Source of the DNA: Eukaryota sp. GEM-RC1
Taxonomy: Eukaryota
Assembly (NCBI GenBank): GCA_040285855.1
Contig: JAUFOQ010000001.1
Coordinates: 3,472,001-3,536,000 of the forward strand
Reading direction: 5' to 3'
DNA length: 64,000 nt
Position 1 is the first letter of the stretch; each line of letters opens with the position of its first letter. The notes below the pieces were generated by a model that saw only the letters and a program-made list of their open reading frames with translations, was not told the origin of the DNA and searched no databases. The translations under genes were made by a program, and so were the position numbers. Positions 1 to 10,458 of this stretch are shown one piece after another.

Positions 1-1138
1 TTTCGTTCTTGCTTACCCCAATACCATTAAGAAAACAGTTACCCAGATTAACCATGGCTTCAGCATCACCTCGTTCTGCAGCTTCTTGGTAACCTTCAAA
101 AGCTAATTCATCATTACTTTTCTCTAATTGAAGATCATTTTCCAGAGAATTGTTCAACTCAAAGACTTCAATGGTTTGTTCAATTTCTTTCAACTCTTTC
201 AGTACATCATTAATAGAAGGTCTTTCACTAGGATTAACTGAAAGACATTTGTTAATCAAGGTTAAAATTGGCCCAGGAAAACCATCAGGAAAGCTCAATA
301 AATGTTCATTTTGTTTAGCCGTAACTACTTCCAAAACAAGCATATCCTCAAAGGCAAGTCTATTGGTAAACATTTCATAAAACAATATTCCCAGACTATA
401 AACGTCGAAAGCTGGTCCATAGATTTTACTGAAAGCTTCTGGAGGAGTGTACTTCGGAGTTACTTGGAGCGTGGAGGTGTAGTTGTACTTGGTCCGTGAA
501 GAACCAAAATCGGCGAGTTTGACCTGTGAGTTAACTATAATGACATTTTGGGGCTTAATGTCATGGTGTACAATTTCCTTGGAATGTAAGTACTTTACAG
601 CGGTACATACATCAATAGCTTGAGCAAGGGTGGTGGAAGAAAGAGATGTTGGAACTTGTAAGTGTTCAGAACCAAGTTCCATCAAGATACCAATGTGCTT
701 CGGAAGTCTGGTTATACCAAACACTCGAAGGACAAAAGGATGAGACAAAGAGGCCATGTGGGAGACTTCCTGCAAGAGTCTTGCTTCATTCTGATCAGCT
801 TTGCGGACGAGCTTCAAAGCAACTTTGGTGTCAGCCCATTCACAGAGATAAACAGTTCCGCTGATTCCACTACCCAATTCATCGTTGAGGTGGAAACTGA
901 GGTCTTCAGACGGAATCTCGGGTAGGGCGGCAGGATTCCTAACAAAAGCATCGACAGCTTCGCGGACAACATAATTAGGAGCAACATCAATGATAGAGGC
1001 TTGTTTACGACAATTAGGACAATTTTGGTGCCCTTCTAGCCATTCAGTAATACACGTGAGACAAAAGGAATGTCCACAGGGTAGTGTGGAAGCCTTGTCA
1101 AAGATTGAGGAGCAAATCGAGCAATCTAAGTGAAGCAT
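1..1138 (-). CDS. RING finger-Ser/Thr kinase-(Sel1 repeat) protein, copy 1 (3' part runs off the window)
   Basis: Reverse strand from ATG 1138 reads [29 protein letters not shown] (RING), then kinase HHDIKPQN and DFGSSR, then the first Sel1-like unit. Highly similar at DNA level to 35041-36180 and 46490-47623. Confidence 0.9.
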   Translation of the reverse strand, partial: MLHLDCSICSSIFDKASTLPCGHSFCLTCITEWLEGHQNCPNCRKQASIIDVAPNYVVREAVDAFVRNPAALPEIPSEDLSFHLNDELGSGISGTVYLCEWADTKVALKLVRKADQNEARLLQEVSHMASLSHPFVLRVFGITRLPKHIGILMELGSEHLQVPTSLSSTTLAQAIDVCTAVKYLHSKEIVHHDIKPQNVIIVNSQVKLADFGSSRTKYNYTSTLQVTPKYTPPEAFSKIYGPAFDVYSLGILFYEMFTNRLAFEDMLVLEVVTAKQNEHLLSFPDGFPGPILTLINKCLSVNPSERPSINDVLKELKEIEQTIEVFELNNSLENDLQLEKSNDELAFEGYQEAAERGDAEAMVNLGNCFLNGIGVSKNE

Positions 1139-1225
1139 TGCTGCAAGATGAGATAAATATCTTGTGAATTTGTGTCAGCCCAAAATTGTCACGTGACAAT
1201 ATTTATAAGTTAAATTTTTGAATTA

Positions 1226-1390
1226 ATGAATATTTCGAAAATAGTCAAATCTGGGAAAATCTTACATTTGGCAGAAATGCCAGGTTCCTTTATTCGTGCT
1301 CTTCGTGATGTGAATGGAAGTGATTATGATTGGGATGGTGCAAGTGCTGATTTCAGAAAGAATTCTTTATTCTTGAGTGACATTTATAAG
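1226..1390 (+). pseudogene. Fragment resembling an FtsJ/CMTR-type cap 2'-O-methyltransferase
   Basis: ILHLAEMPGSFIRAL...YDW resembles the HLxExPGxFI SAM-binding motif. Only about 55 codons, then retroelement sequence. Confidence 0.45.
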
Positions 1391-1419
1391 TTTTGTTTAT
1401 ATCATATGAACTTCAGAAC

Positions 1420-1770
1420 AATGAAAGAGAAACAAAAATAGTAGTTTCCATTGACTGCCCTTAAACAAACCAGACATGTTGAGTACAAATTGTGCCCTTT
1501 TGCGATTTCAATATATGGTCGAGTTGGTAATGTTACTGTTTGTTTTCTCCTTCATTTTGAGAAAGTTTTCAACAAAATAGTGAACAAGAAATTTGATTCT
1601 AGGTTTTGGCTGAATCGTAGTGTCTTTAGAATATTTAAAACAATTCCTGTTATGACCTCCAAAGCTCTTTTTGCTCTCAGTATTTTCTATGATGGAAAAG
1701 CTTCTGTGAGTTTCAGTGGCAATGATTGTTACTTTAATGATATTGAGTTCTAGTTTTTGTTCTTATTTTA
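1420..1770 (+). mobile_element. Non-LTR retrotransposon 3' end fragment
   Basis: KHVEYKLCPFAISIYGRVG...FWLNRSVF...SKAL...CYFNDIEF is similar to 43140-43420, which follows a CCHC/RLE-like segment, and to 22120-22300. Confidence 0.6.
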
Positions 1771-2139
1771 CTGTTTTTGTTCTGTAAACATGTCACAAAT
1801 ACAATAATGATCAAGTAAACGTCAAACTTGGTGAAAAGTGTACCACCCCATATATAAAAGAAAAAAATGGTTCGAAAATCCATTGATTCGTTCGAAATGT
1901 TTACTGGAAATGAGCATTTTTTAATCAAAACTACAATATTAGTTTTAACTGTAGAGGATTTTTCTGTTTCCTTCTGATTTTTACACGTAGTTGTACTTGA
2001 ATCTTTATCATCCCGAATTTTTTAATTTTAATTCGTTGTAATCGTTTGTCACTAGTACAAACAATTTTACATCCAAAATTAAGCAATTTTCATTTTTAAT
2101 AATAATCATATCATTTTTTGTAAGGAAATACAGTACATT

Positions 2140-2270
2140 CATATTTATTGACAACAACACTACAGTGCACATACATCTAATAGTCAATACATTGAACAAT
2201 CAAAGTCCAAATTGCCTATGTGGAAATTCTCACCAACCTTATCCTTATAATGCCAAGAGATAATGCAGCA
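2140..2270 (-). repeat. Dispersed repeat (other copies at 13100-13250 and 55250-55320), probably a TE remnant
   Basis: Reverse complement ggcattataaggataaggttggtgagaatttccacataggcaatttggactttga matches 13148-13201. 55250-55320 matches 13105-13170. Confidence 0.6.
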
Positions 2271-2436
2271 TGAGAAACAGAAGTCACTATACCATAAAAG
2301 GTTGTAAACACCTGTATTTTGTCGACCTAGTTTGGTGGTAACTACTTTTCGGATTTGGGTAGTTCGTATCATTTACAAAATGGTAGCTTATTTAAATAGG
2401 CTTTATTTTTTTTGTTGTTTTCTTCTTCTAGTTGTA

Positions 2437-2511
2437 CAGTCTACCCTCCCAATATGACCAGGTGTCGGACCAGTCTTATTGGGAGGGTGGTCATATTGGG
2501 AGGGTAGACTG
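2437..2511. mobile_element. 75-bp pogo/Tc1-mariner-type MITE
   Basis: Perfect 24-bp TIR cagtctaccctcccaatatgacca / tggtcatattgggagggtagactg, with TA on both sides. Confidence 0.9.
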
Positions 2512-2800
2512 TATGTTTTTCAATAATAACTTACAAAAATCCGCTTTTTTAGTATCAATAAAGTCGAATCTAAATCCTTGCAATTGATGATTGAACATCA
2601 TTACCTTTGTATGTTTACCTTTACTGTTGTATTTTCCAGGTATGCATATATATATTACAAACAATAAACAACATCAGTGACAACACTATTTACATCAATT
2701 AACTCAGTCAAAACTTCAGACTACTACAAAAAGTACGGTTATAATACAAACAATATACAACAAAACACAAACCAAACATTACTCAAACCACTCAGACATG

Positions 2801-3853
2801 TCATATCTCTTTAACTTCTAAGTTACGCCCAGATCTTTCAACCAGCAACATTATTTCATAGTAAAACTCATTCAAATGATAACTAGAAAAGAAACGAATT
2901 TGATGTAGCTTACCAGAAATCTTAATCCCCACCATAAACTTGTCTCTAGAAACATCCATACTCTCAATAGTTTCCCCTTTCGCACTCCACTTCAAACAAT
3001 CAACAATGTTCAAAACAGCTTTAACTCTAAAGTTTTGAAGGGAATTATCAGTGAAAACAAGAAGTCGTGTTTTGTTGGCGTGTTTCCCCGAAGTAATGGC
3101 AGCAAAGAAGTGAGAGTGGAAACGTAGAGGTTTCGGGATGAGTTGCTTTTCTAGTAGTTGTTGCCAAGCATCACGTGTTAACACGGGAAGAAGATATTTG
3201 ACATCTTGGTTGTCCTTCTCCTTCTCGAACTGGAGGGTGTAGTGAACTATAAGAACACCATCAGCAGGTTCACAGGAGATACAATCAGGATGTATGACTT
3301 CCTTTTAAGAGGCTCACTAAAGTAGATCATATTCTTACGTTTCTTGATAACAGGACGGACTTCGATACATTGGGAGCCTTTTTGACTAGTGGAGCACGAT
3401 ATTGCATCACACCGCTGAAGGAATCCTTTTCGTGACAGTGATAGGTATCAAGAGAAAGAATGGGGCGTTCCCAGACGATTTTGTAGTCCTCAGTAAGTAC
3501 AACAAAAGCCTGGTTTGTGATGAAGAGAATAAGTTTATCGAAATCTGCATCACTTTTGGGATGACTGAAATTGAGAAGTTCACAGTGCATGACATAAGCT
3601 TCGTTATCGAATAAAATCAGAGCAATCCCTGATGGATTTCGAGACAAGGGATCCATAAGAACCAGTATTGGAAAAAAATCTGATTTATGTTTACGAAAAT
3701 CTGTTGACAAGTTGTCAACAGAGTCAATGACAACTTCGGATGCTTAACTGCTGTCCATGGTGTAATAGTGTATATTGCAACATATTCAGTGTGTTTTTGG
3801 TGTCCTAGGCAACGGTGATTACCCTTGGACAGTTTCAAGAACACTCCTGACAA
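2801..3853 (-). CDS. Hypothetical protein in several frames (frameshifts or introns)
   Basis: Consecutive same-strand ORFs 3617-3853, 3327-3710 and 2801-3184 with protein-like composition. No motif recognised. Confidence 0.45.
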
Positions 3854-4055
3854 TTTGAAGTTCTATTTTTGTATAGAGTTGAGTGTGGTTTACTGTGTCG
3901 TTTGTTGATAGACAAGTTTCGCTTAATGTATCAACCAATCCGGTTAAGTCAAACACAGTGTACTAAAATTTTAAACAAAAACAAATTTTTTACTGACAAT
4001 TTATAAACAATAAATAATAACTAACTGAAAGAAGAACCAATTAAACAATATATAA

Positions 4056-5369
4056 TTAAACAATAGGATCCATTATTTCAGCCATGGACTCAATACCAAG
4101 ATTGTCAATACCTCTAACAATTTTAAAATATCCTTGATCGCCCCAATTCTCACCCCAAGAATTTTGAATTAACCAATACTTCAACCCATTTTCAACACCA
4201 TATCCAACTAAAAGCACTGCATGAGAAACCTCAACAAAAGCTTCCCCATGTCTCCCAATGGGAGTCTCGTTGAACATATACACTCCAGACTTGTAATTAC
4301 CAAATGAAGGATGCATACCACCGTCTTTAAGGGGAACAGCAAAGGCAACGGCAACAGGACCATTATCCACTAATTCTCTCATCATTGTTTCTTCAATGTT
4401 GGTGTTGTTACCATAATAGTTACCAACAATTCCATAAGACTTGACTTTCCAATGTTTGTGCTCTGACACGTCAACACAAGGATCATTTGCTCCAACATAG
4501 GGATAATGTTCTTCTTCAACTATACCAGTTTCCATGACAAATCGACCAACAGTGTAGGCAAACCCTCCTTGACATCCTTGAGTATAAGTACCACATGAAA
4601 CAACATGTTGGGTGGAGAGATTAGGAGTCTTCTTACCACCAGATTTAATACGGATTCTAGCCATCATTGCACCAGTGAAAGCAAAAGTATAACAAGATCC
4701 ACATCGCTTCTGATCACGAACTTCAGGAACAATTCCTTCATGGTCTAACCAATTGAACTCAACTGGAAGACCGTTAGGATGAGATTGGTCGTTGTAGAAC
4801 ATATTCATGGGATCAACTTCCTTGTAGACTCTGAGTCTTCTAGCTCCGTTAATGGCGACGTCAGGGGCGTTCCTAGCGGGATCAACAGTGTAAGAGAATG
4901 GAATCTGCTCTTCAGTGAAAGGATCGTTAACTACAACCCAAGGGAGGGGGAGGGACATAGGACTTACGGAGGGCGGTGATACAACCGTATTCATCAGTTT
5001 TGAGGTTGTGGTACCATCCACCTAGGACTTTGCCTGAACGATCACAGAAAGACGTTATTTCATCACCCTTTTGTTCGTAGTCAAAGAAGAAGAAGAATGA
5101 CATTTCAGCTACTTCGATACCAATACCTTGATTGTAGATAATGGTCCAGGTACCTTGTTGAGTGCCTAGACGAGCAACATTGGGTTTGTCTAAAAAGACA
5201 CGAATTCGATCGTAGGGCATAATAGAGCCGGTACACTCCTCAACAGGCTTTTCTTGAGGCTTAGAGAGAACTAATTCCCAGGGACCATAAGATTGTTCAA
5301 CAAAACAAGTAGCAGGAATATCAGCAGCAACGAAGCTTAAGACAGCAAAAGGAGTAACAAGAAGTACAT
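4056..5369 (-). CDS. CTSC: Cathepsin C (dipeptidyl peptidase I)-like papain-family protease
   Basis: Signal peptide, then DIPATC (exclusion-domain start) and GTWTIIYNQG. Catalytic motifs QKRCGSCYTFA, SHAVLLVGYG and QNSWG. Apparent frameshifts near 5350 and 4955. Confidence 0.88.
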
Positions 5370-5442
5370 GTCAACAGGAATTCAACGACCTTGTACATGT
5401 ACATTCTTACCTGAACCAATTCAACCCTGCCAATATCACTGA

Positions 5443-6649
5443 ATGGACCTCCCTCCTCTCTGAAATCTCTCTATTCGTCGACGCCGTCCACTTCATTACC
5501 ATCACTGATACTCAACCATCGTCCTTCTCTTCCGTTCCTCCCCTTGTTGATACTCGGATCACCTCTCACCGGATCTCTGACTCTTCTCCCTGGCGTTTCT
5601 CTGTGTCCCGACGTCCTTCTCTTGTTAACAACTTCTCTCCTTCTGTACACGATTCTCCTCCAATGCCAACTCCAGTTGTACCAATGAGTATCTCCAAAAT
5701 CCTTGGTCTACAGCCTATTGTCCAATGCATCGGCCTCAAAGTATCGGACATCATCATTGCGAGCAACAAGACTTCGCAACCACGCTTCTCAGAACTAACT
5801 CTAGACATGTACAGAATGACAGTAGCTCTAGAACACTCCCATTCCCATGAAACAGTAGAAGACGTTGACGTTCTAACAAAGGACTTCTCTTTCTCCACAG
5901 CCAAGTACCTGTTATACCGACCCTCTGTCACGTCATTGCTCCAATCACTGGCCAGCAGTTGCACAGAGCTATCCTCCATTGATGTTCTTCTTGTCTATGT
6001 ATCAGCTGATGGTGCTGTTGATGACGTGACTGGTGAGGAGGGATTATTGATGAGTAATGATAAGGATAGGATAACTGAAACAGGCAAGGATCCTGATATT
6101 CTCTATAATGACGACTTTACTCCGTTTTTAAGAAGAAATATTGTATTAGTAATTGACTCGTGTGGTAGTAGAGCTTTCTCTGAGCTTAACTCTCCATTTA
6201 ATTCACATGTACTTTTATTATTAGCCCCCAAGAGCACACCTTCGTTGTCTACTTTTATTCAATTAGAAGGATCTTTGTTTACTTTGTTTCTACATTGTCC
6301 TGCTCTGGGTTTCTTAGCTCTTAATGATGTTAGTCACGTAGCTAGTACTGTAGTTGCTGAGGTTGATGGTCAGATTAGCGCGTTTCTTGGAGATGTGTGT
6401 AGACAGATTTGTTGTAATTCTGATGTTTTTCCGTGGTTGTTACAGTTCTTAGAAGATGATTCGGTGCGCGTGTTGGTACTGCGGTGTATGTTCTTTAGAA
6501 TGTTGATATTTACGAAGTTTTCTCATTTGGGTGACGATTACTTGCCTCTTTTGGAGCCAGGAGTTCCAGAGGAAGTATGGGAGTTTGGGCTGTGGGTAGA
6601 GATGTTTAATGAATTAGATGCAATCTCAGAGAATCAACGAAGACGATGA
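5443..6649 (+). CDS. SCAI: SCAI-like protein
   Basis: FSELTLDMYRMTVALE, KYLLYRPS, LLVYVSADG and GSLFTLFLHCP match remembered SCAI motifs. The 5' end is uncertain because of a frameshift after ATG 5443. Confidence 0.72.
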
Positions 6650-6860
6650 GGTTGTGGTGTACATAAAATGGTTTAAAAATAATGGTGGTTTTATAGTAGG
6701 TGGAGTAGAGATGTGTGTATAGGAAGGGTTTTGACAAAACAACAGGACCTATGTACATGAGTAATTAGTAGTTGTCAGAGTCAGAGATGTTGTACTCACA
6801 ACGATAACAGACTGTCCCAGATTGATAGGGGAGAGAAAGGTGGAAGAACGAGAAAGAGTT

Positions 6861-7130
6861 CTACTTCTTTTTAAGATGAGCGATGGCTTCTTGAGTTTTG
6901 GTATCAAGGATTGCAAGCTGTGGATGAACATCACGCTCAATGTCATAGACTGGCTCTTTTGGTAGAAGATCGTTCAAAGTCAGAGTTCTTGTCAATGAAG
7001 GACCAGCTACTTCATGAGCGAATGAAGATATTTGTTGTTCTAACTTGTCTAAGGATATTGTGGGTTCAGCAACAGTTCCCAAAGAGCTGTCAAAAGGTGT
7101 GTAAAGATGGAAAGTTGGTTTTTGATCCAT
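6861..7130 (-). CDS. CCDC12: CCDC12/Cwf18-like splicing factor
   Basis: LNDLLPKEPVYDIERDVHPQLAILDTKTQEAIAHL resembles the Cwf18 LAPRKPDWDLKRDV...RTQRAI motif. Confidence 0.65.
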   Translation of the reverse strand: MDQKPTFHLYTPFDSSLGTVAEPTISLDKLEQQISSFAHEVAGPSLTRTLTLNDLLPKEPVYDIERDVHPQLAILDTKTQEAIAHLKKK

Positions 7131-7271
7131 GTATTCAAGAATTTCAGGTTAGTTATGAAAATAGCCTAGATCAGATTTAAAATAGTGAAAAAATTCAAAA
7201 TATCTTCCTTCATGATTATGAAACCAGGAGCACCTTCGAGTAAGCTGCGCAGAACCAAGAGGGCTATGTGA

Positions 7272-7937
7272 TACAAGAATAGCTTAAGAAAGGTTAGCAC
7301 CCCACCATCCTCCAAGGATATTGAGCTTCATGGCAAACCAAGATTTGGACGTTCTAATCCTGAAGTTGTTGATAATCATGTATGGCTTCATCAGATTCGA
7401 ACCAGACAGTCAGCTTACTCTCTATCCGGATTACGGAATACACCGTCATTCAGTTTTCAACGGTTTGGAATGACTGAAACTCTCTTGAGAGACGGCAGAA
7501 CCGTCTTCATTGCTGGTGAACATGAAGACTATTATGATCCTGACTTCTACATCTACAATGATGTTGTTGTGGAATCAGCTGACTGCTCAGAGTACACAAT
7601 CTATACGTATCCCAAAGAGATCTTTCCACCAACAGACTTTCATTTCTCCTTTCTATTGCCAGATAGAATCATTATTATAGGATCCATGGGCTATCAACAA
7701 ACCCGAACAAATGAAACGCCTATCTTCTCGCTCAGTTTAACAGATTTCTCCATTTCTCATATTCAAACATCAAAAGTCAATCCAGGACGTCTCAACTCAC
7801 AGAATTGTACAATGTCTCATGAACTAAGAAATGGAATGCATGTTTTCAGTGCTAAGCAAAATGGAGTGTACTTTGAGATTTCTGATAGAAATTGGTATTG
7901 GGTCCAACTAGAAGTGACTGCAAACAGAAAAATATAA
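7272..7937 (+). CDS. Uncharacterised protein carrying the GEHEDYYDPDF motif (start unresolved)
   Basis: The frame is open upstream of the tracked ORF: PRFGRSNPE...FSFQRFGMTETLLRDGRTVFIAGEHEDYYDPDFYIYNDVVV...YPKEIFPPTDFH. Confidence 0.7.
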   Translation, partial: YKNSLRKVSTPPSSKDIELHGKPRFGRSNPEVVDNHVWLHQIRTRQSAYSLSGLRNTPSFSFQRFGMTETLLRDGRTVFIAGEHEDYYDPDFYIYNDVVVESADCSEYTIYTYPKEIFPPTDFHFSFLLPDRIIIIGSMGYQQTRTNETPIFSLSLTDFSISHIQTSKVNPGRLNSQNCTMSHELRNGMHVFSAKQNGVYFEISDRNWYWVQLEVTANRKI

Positions 7938-9029
7938 TTGTACTTGATATACTAGAAGTGGAATCATAATTGGTCTTTGTTGTAAACTGATGCACGTAGT
8001 CTATAAAATAAAGGATGGTACCTTGTTTATGAGACTAATATAAGCTTGATGCAAAAAGGTAAAACTATAGCTAAGAAGGACGTGTTAACACGTGGCATTA
8101 ACAAAACACTGCAGATTAAATACAAGACTTCACTTCTACACATCTTTTGAGAATGACTAGGCTTCACTTGGTATTAAAGGTGTTAAATTCACTCCGAGTC
8201 ACTTTCTAATTGATCTAGTGGGAAGTTACGTAGATTTTTGAACATAGTTGGAAAATACAGCTCCCTGATAAAAAAATACAAAAAAATGCACTTAATACAG
8301 AAAAATACAAAAAACTTGACCTAAGAAAACTTTCGCAAAAGTCATGTTGAGAATTTTGTTTAAAAATGACAATGACTGAAATTATATAGGTATCACAGAA
8401 TAGATAACATAACAGAAAATCAAAATTACACCAGAAAGGTCCTTGCGCGAATGGCTGGATGGCGCGCCTGGCGGTATGACGGTCATACTCCAACACTGAA
8501 GTAAAGACAATTGATTGTAATTCTCTGTGACCAATGTTTTGAGCATAGCACACTAAAACACGTGTTCTTCCAGTTACAAAAAGGTTTGCAAAAACGCTAG
8601 CCAAAAAGTAAAAACAGTCGCTTTCCATCGTTTTTACGGTGTTTTTAAATTTAAGAAAATAATAGGAGTTCATTTGTATCAATAAACTCATACATACTAC
8701 ATACAACTGTAATACACTAAGTGAATAAAGTTAAATTCTCCACCTTAACACGGGAATTATCCCTATACAACTTCAAAAAATTAATAATGATGCAGATTAT
8801 TGCATTAAGTGTAGTAAACCATAGTGAGCAAATACGTGTTAGTACGCTTTCAAATTCTTTAACACCCCGTGTTTGCTCAATCTTTGTATAATATAAACAA
8901 TCTTGGTAAAATTATCTTAGTTCATCTACATTTTTCAAGTATTTCGAAGATCTTCTTTAAAAAAAGAGGCATAATTTTAGAATGGCTGAATGGAAAAATC
9001 GTATAGTGTTTTCCATACATCGGAATATG

Positions 9030-10375
9030 TCTTTCTATTTCTCTCGATTAATTGAGAAATTGTACAAGTTTGGTGTGAAGGTTAATGTTGAAAAGCGTAA
9101 TCTTTTACCGGGTGGTGATGAAGTAGACTGGCTTATTCTTAATAGCTCTTGTTTGTTTTTACAAATTCAGATTATTGCAGTGGGGTTTCCTTTTGGGGAA
9201 ATGATCAAAGATTTTTAGACAAGTTTAATTTTTGTTATTTTATTTATTATAATGTAATAAGTAAGTTGGATTAAAAAACTGAAATTTGACATCATTAAAC
9301 AAGTTTAATTGGTGGGAACCATTATATCTGGTTGATGAAAACGAAGTGAGAATAAAGTGGAAAGTTGAACTGATCATTTTGAGCGTTTTTTAATCGAAAA
9401 TAAAACGAACAAACGCGCTTGTTATTTTTGAACAACGCTTTTTAAAAACCTGTTGGTAGACATAATTGTTACAAGACAAAATTGACACATGTTTAAAGTA
9501 AATAAAACCATGGAACATACGGAGCAGCAAAAGATTCAATAATTATTTTCAGGTTACATCTGTGACCTATAAAAGAACAAAGATAATTTTGAATACGTTT
9601 TTTGAGAGAGTTGAGTTGAGAGCCATTTTCTGTAACATGGATCTCAGCAACTTTTATTTTAAACAGTTCAAACAAACACGGATTTCATTTTTGCCAAATT
9701 GTTTTAAATAATATGGATCGATTCATAAAGAACAACTTTCTACTACAATTTTGCTAAGTGTTATTTTCGACATGTAGTTTCTGACCAAACAAGACTGAAA
9801 CAGGGCAAGTGCCTTTCGATTTCTCTCGATTAGTTGCGAAAGTGTACAAGTTTGCTATGAAGGTTAATGATGAAAAACGTAATCTTTCTCCAGACAGGGA
9901 TGATGTAAATTGGACATAGTCTTCGTATTATTTGTTTGTTTTTAAACATTCATATTTTTGTAGAAAGTTTACCTTTTTGGCAAAAAGATCAAAGATTTGT
10001 AAACAAGTTTAATATATTCATGAGAGATTTGTTGTTCACAACGGATTTCGTGATCAATGTCTTTCTTTATTTAAATCAAACCGATTTCATGGAATAATTG
10101 AATCTCTATTGTCCGCATTGTCTCATTCTTTCATTCGTGGTAAGAGTCGTGGTGATTTAATTGGTACATGGTTAATTTGTCAATTTGGATTTCACCACTG
10201 TGGATCCATGTAATGGTACTGCTAGTAGCAAAATATTGCATGATCAATTTTCACCTTTGCATAATGCTGAAGATAAAAAATATCTTCGTTATTGTGATTA
10301 TATTTCTAAATTAGATTGACAAAGACATAATGCTTTGGTGTTTCAGCCATTCGGTATTTCAATTTATGGGAACAA
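9030..10375 (+). mobile_element. Cluster of degraded non-LTR retrotransposon fragments
   Basis: 9030-9235 and 9820-10010 are diverged copies of each other. 10030-10375 (HNGFRDQCLSLFKS...SRGDLIG...DFTTVDP) matches 48230-48580. Confidence 0.55.
9493..9650 (-). pseudogene. Internally deleted fragment of the LRR gene family at 10459-12696
   Basis: Joins sequence like the 5' part (SQLNSLK) to the 3' end (NLKIIIESFA) of 10459-12696. Confidence 0.55.
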
Positions 10376-10458
10376 AACAAGTTCTTGAATCCTTGATGAA
10401 AAGATTGACATAAAACGTGTCGGCTCTAGGGTAGGCTGACCACTCAAACCACAGGAAA

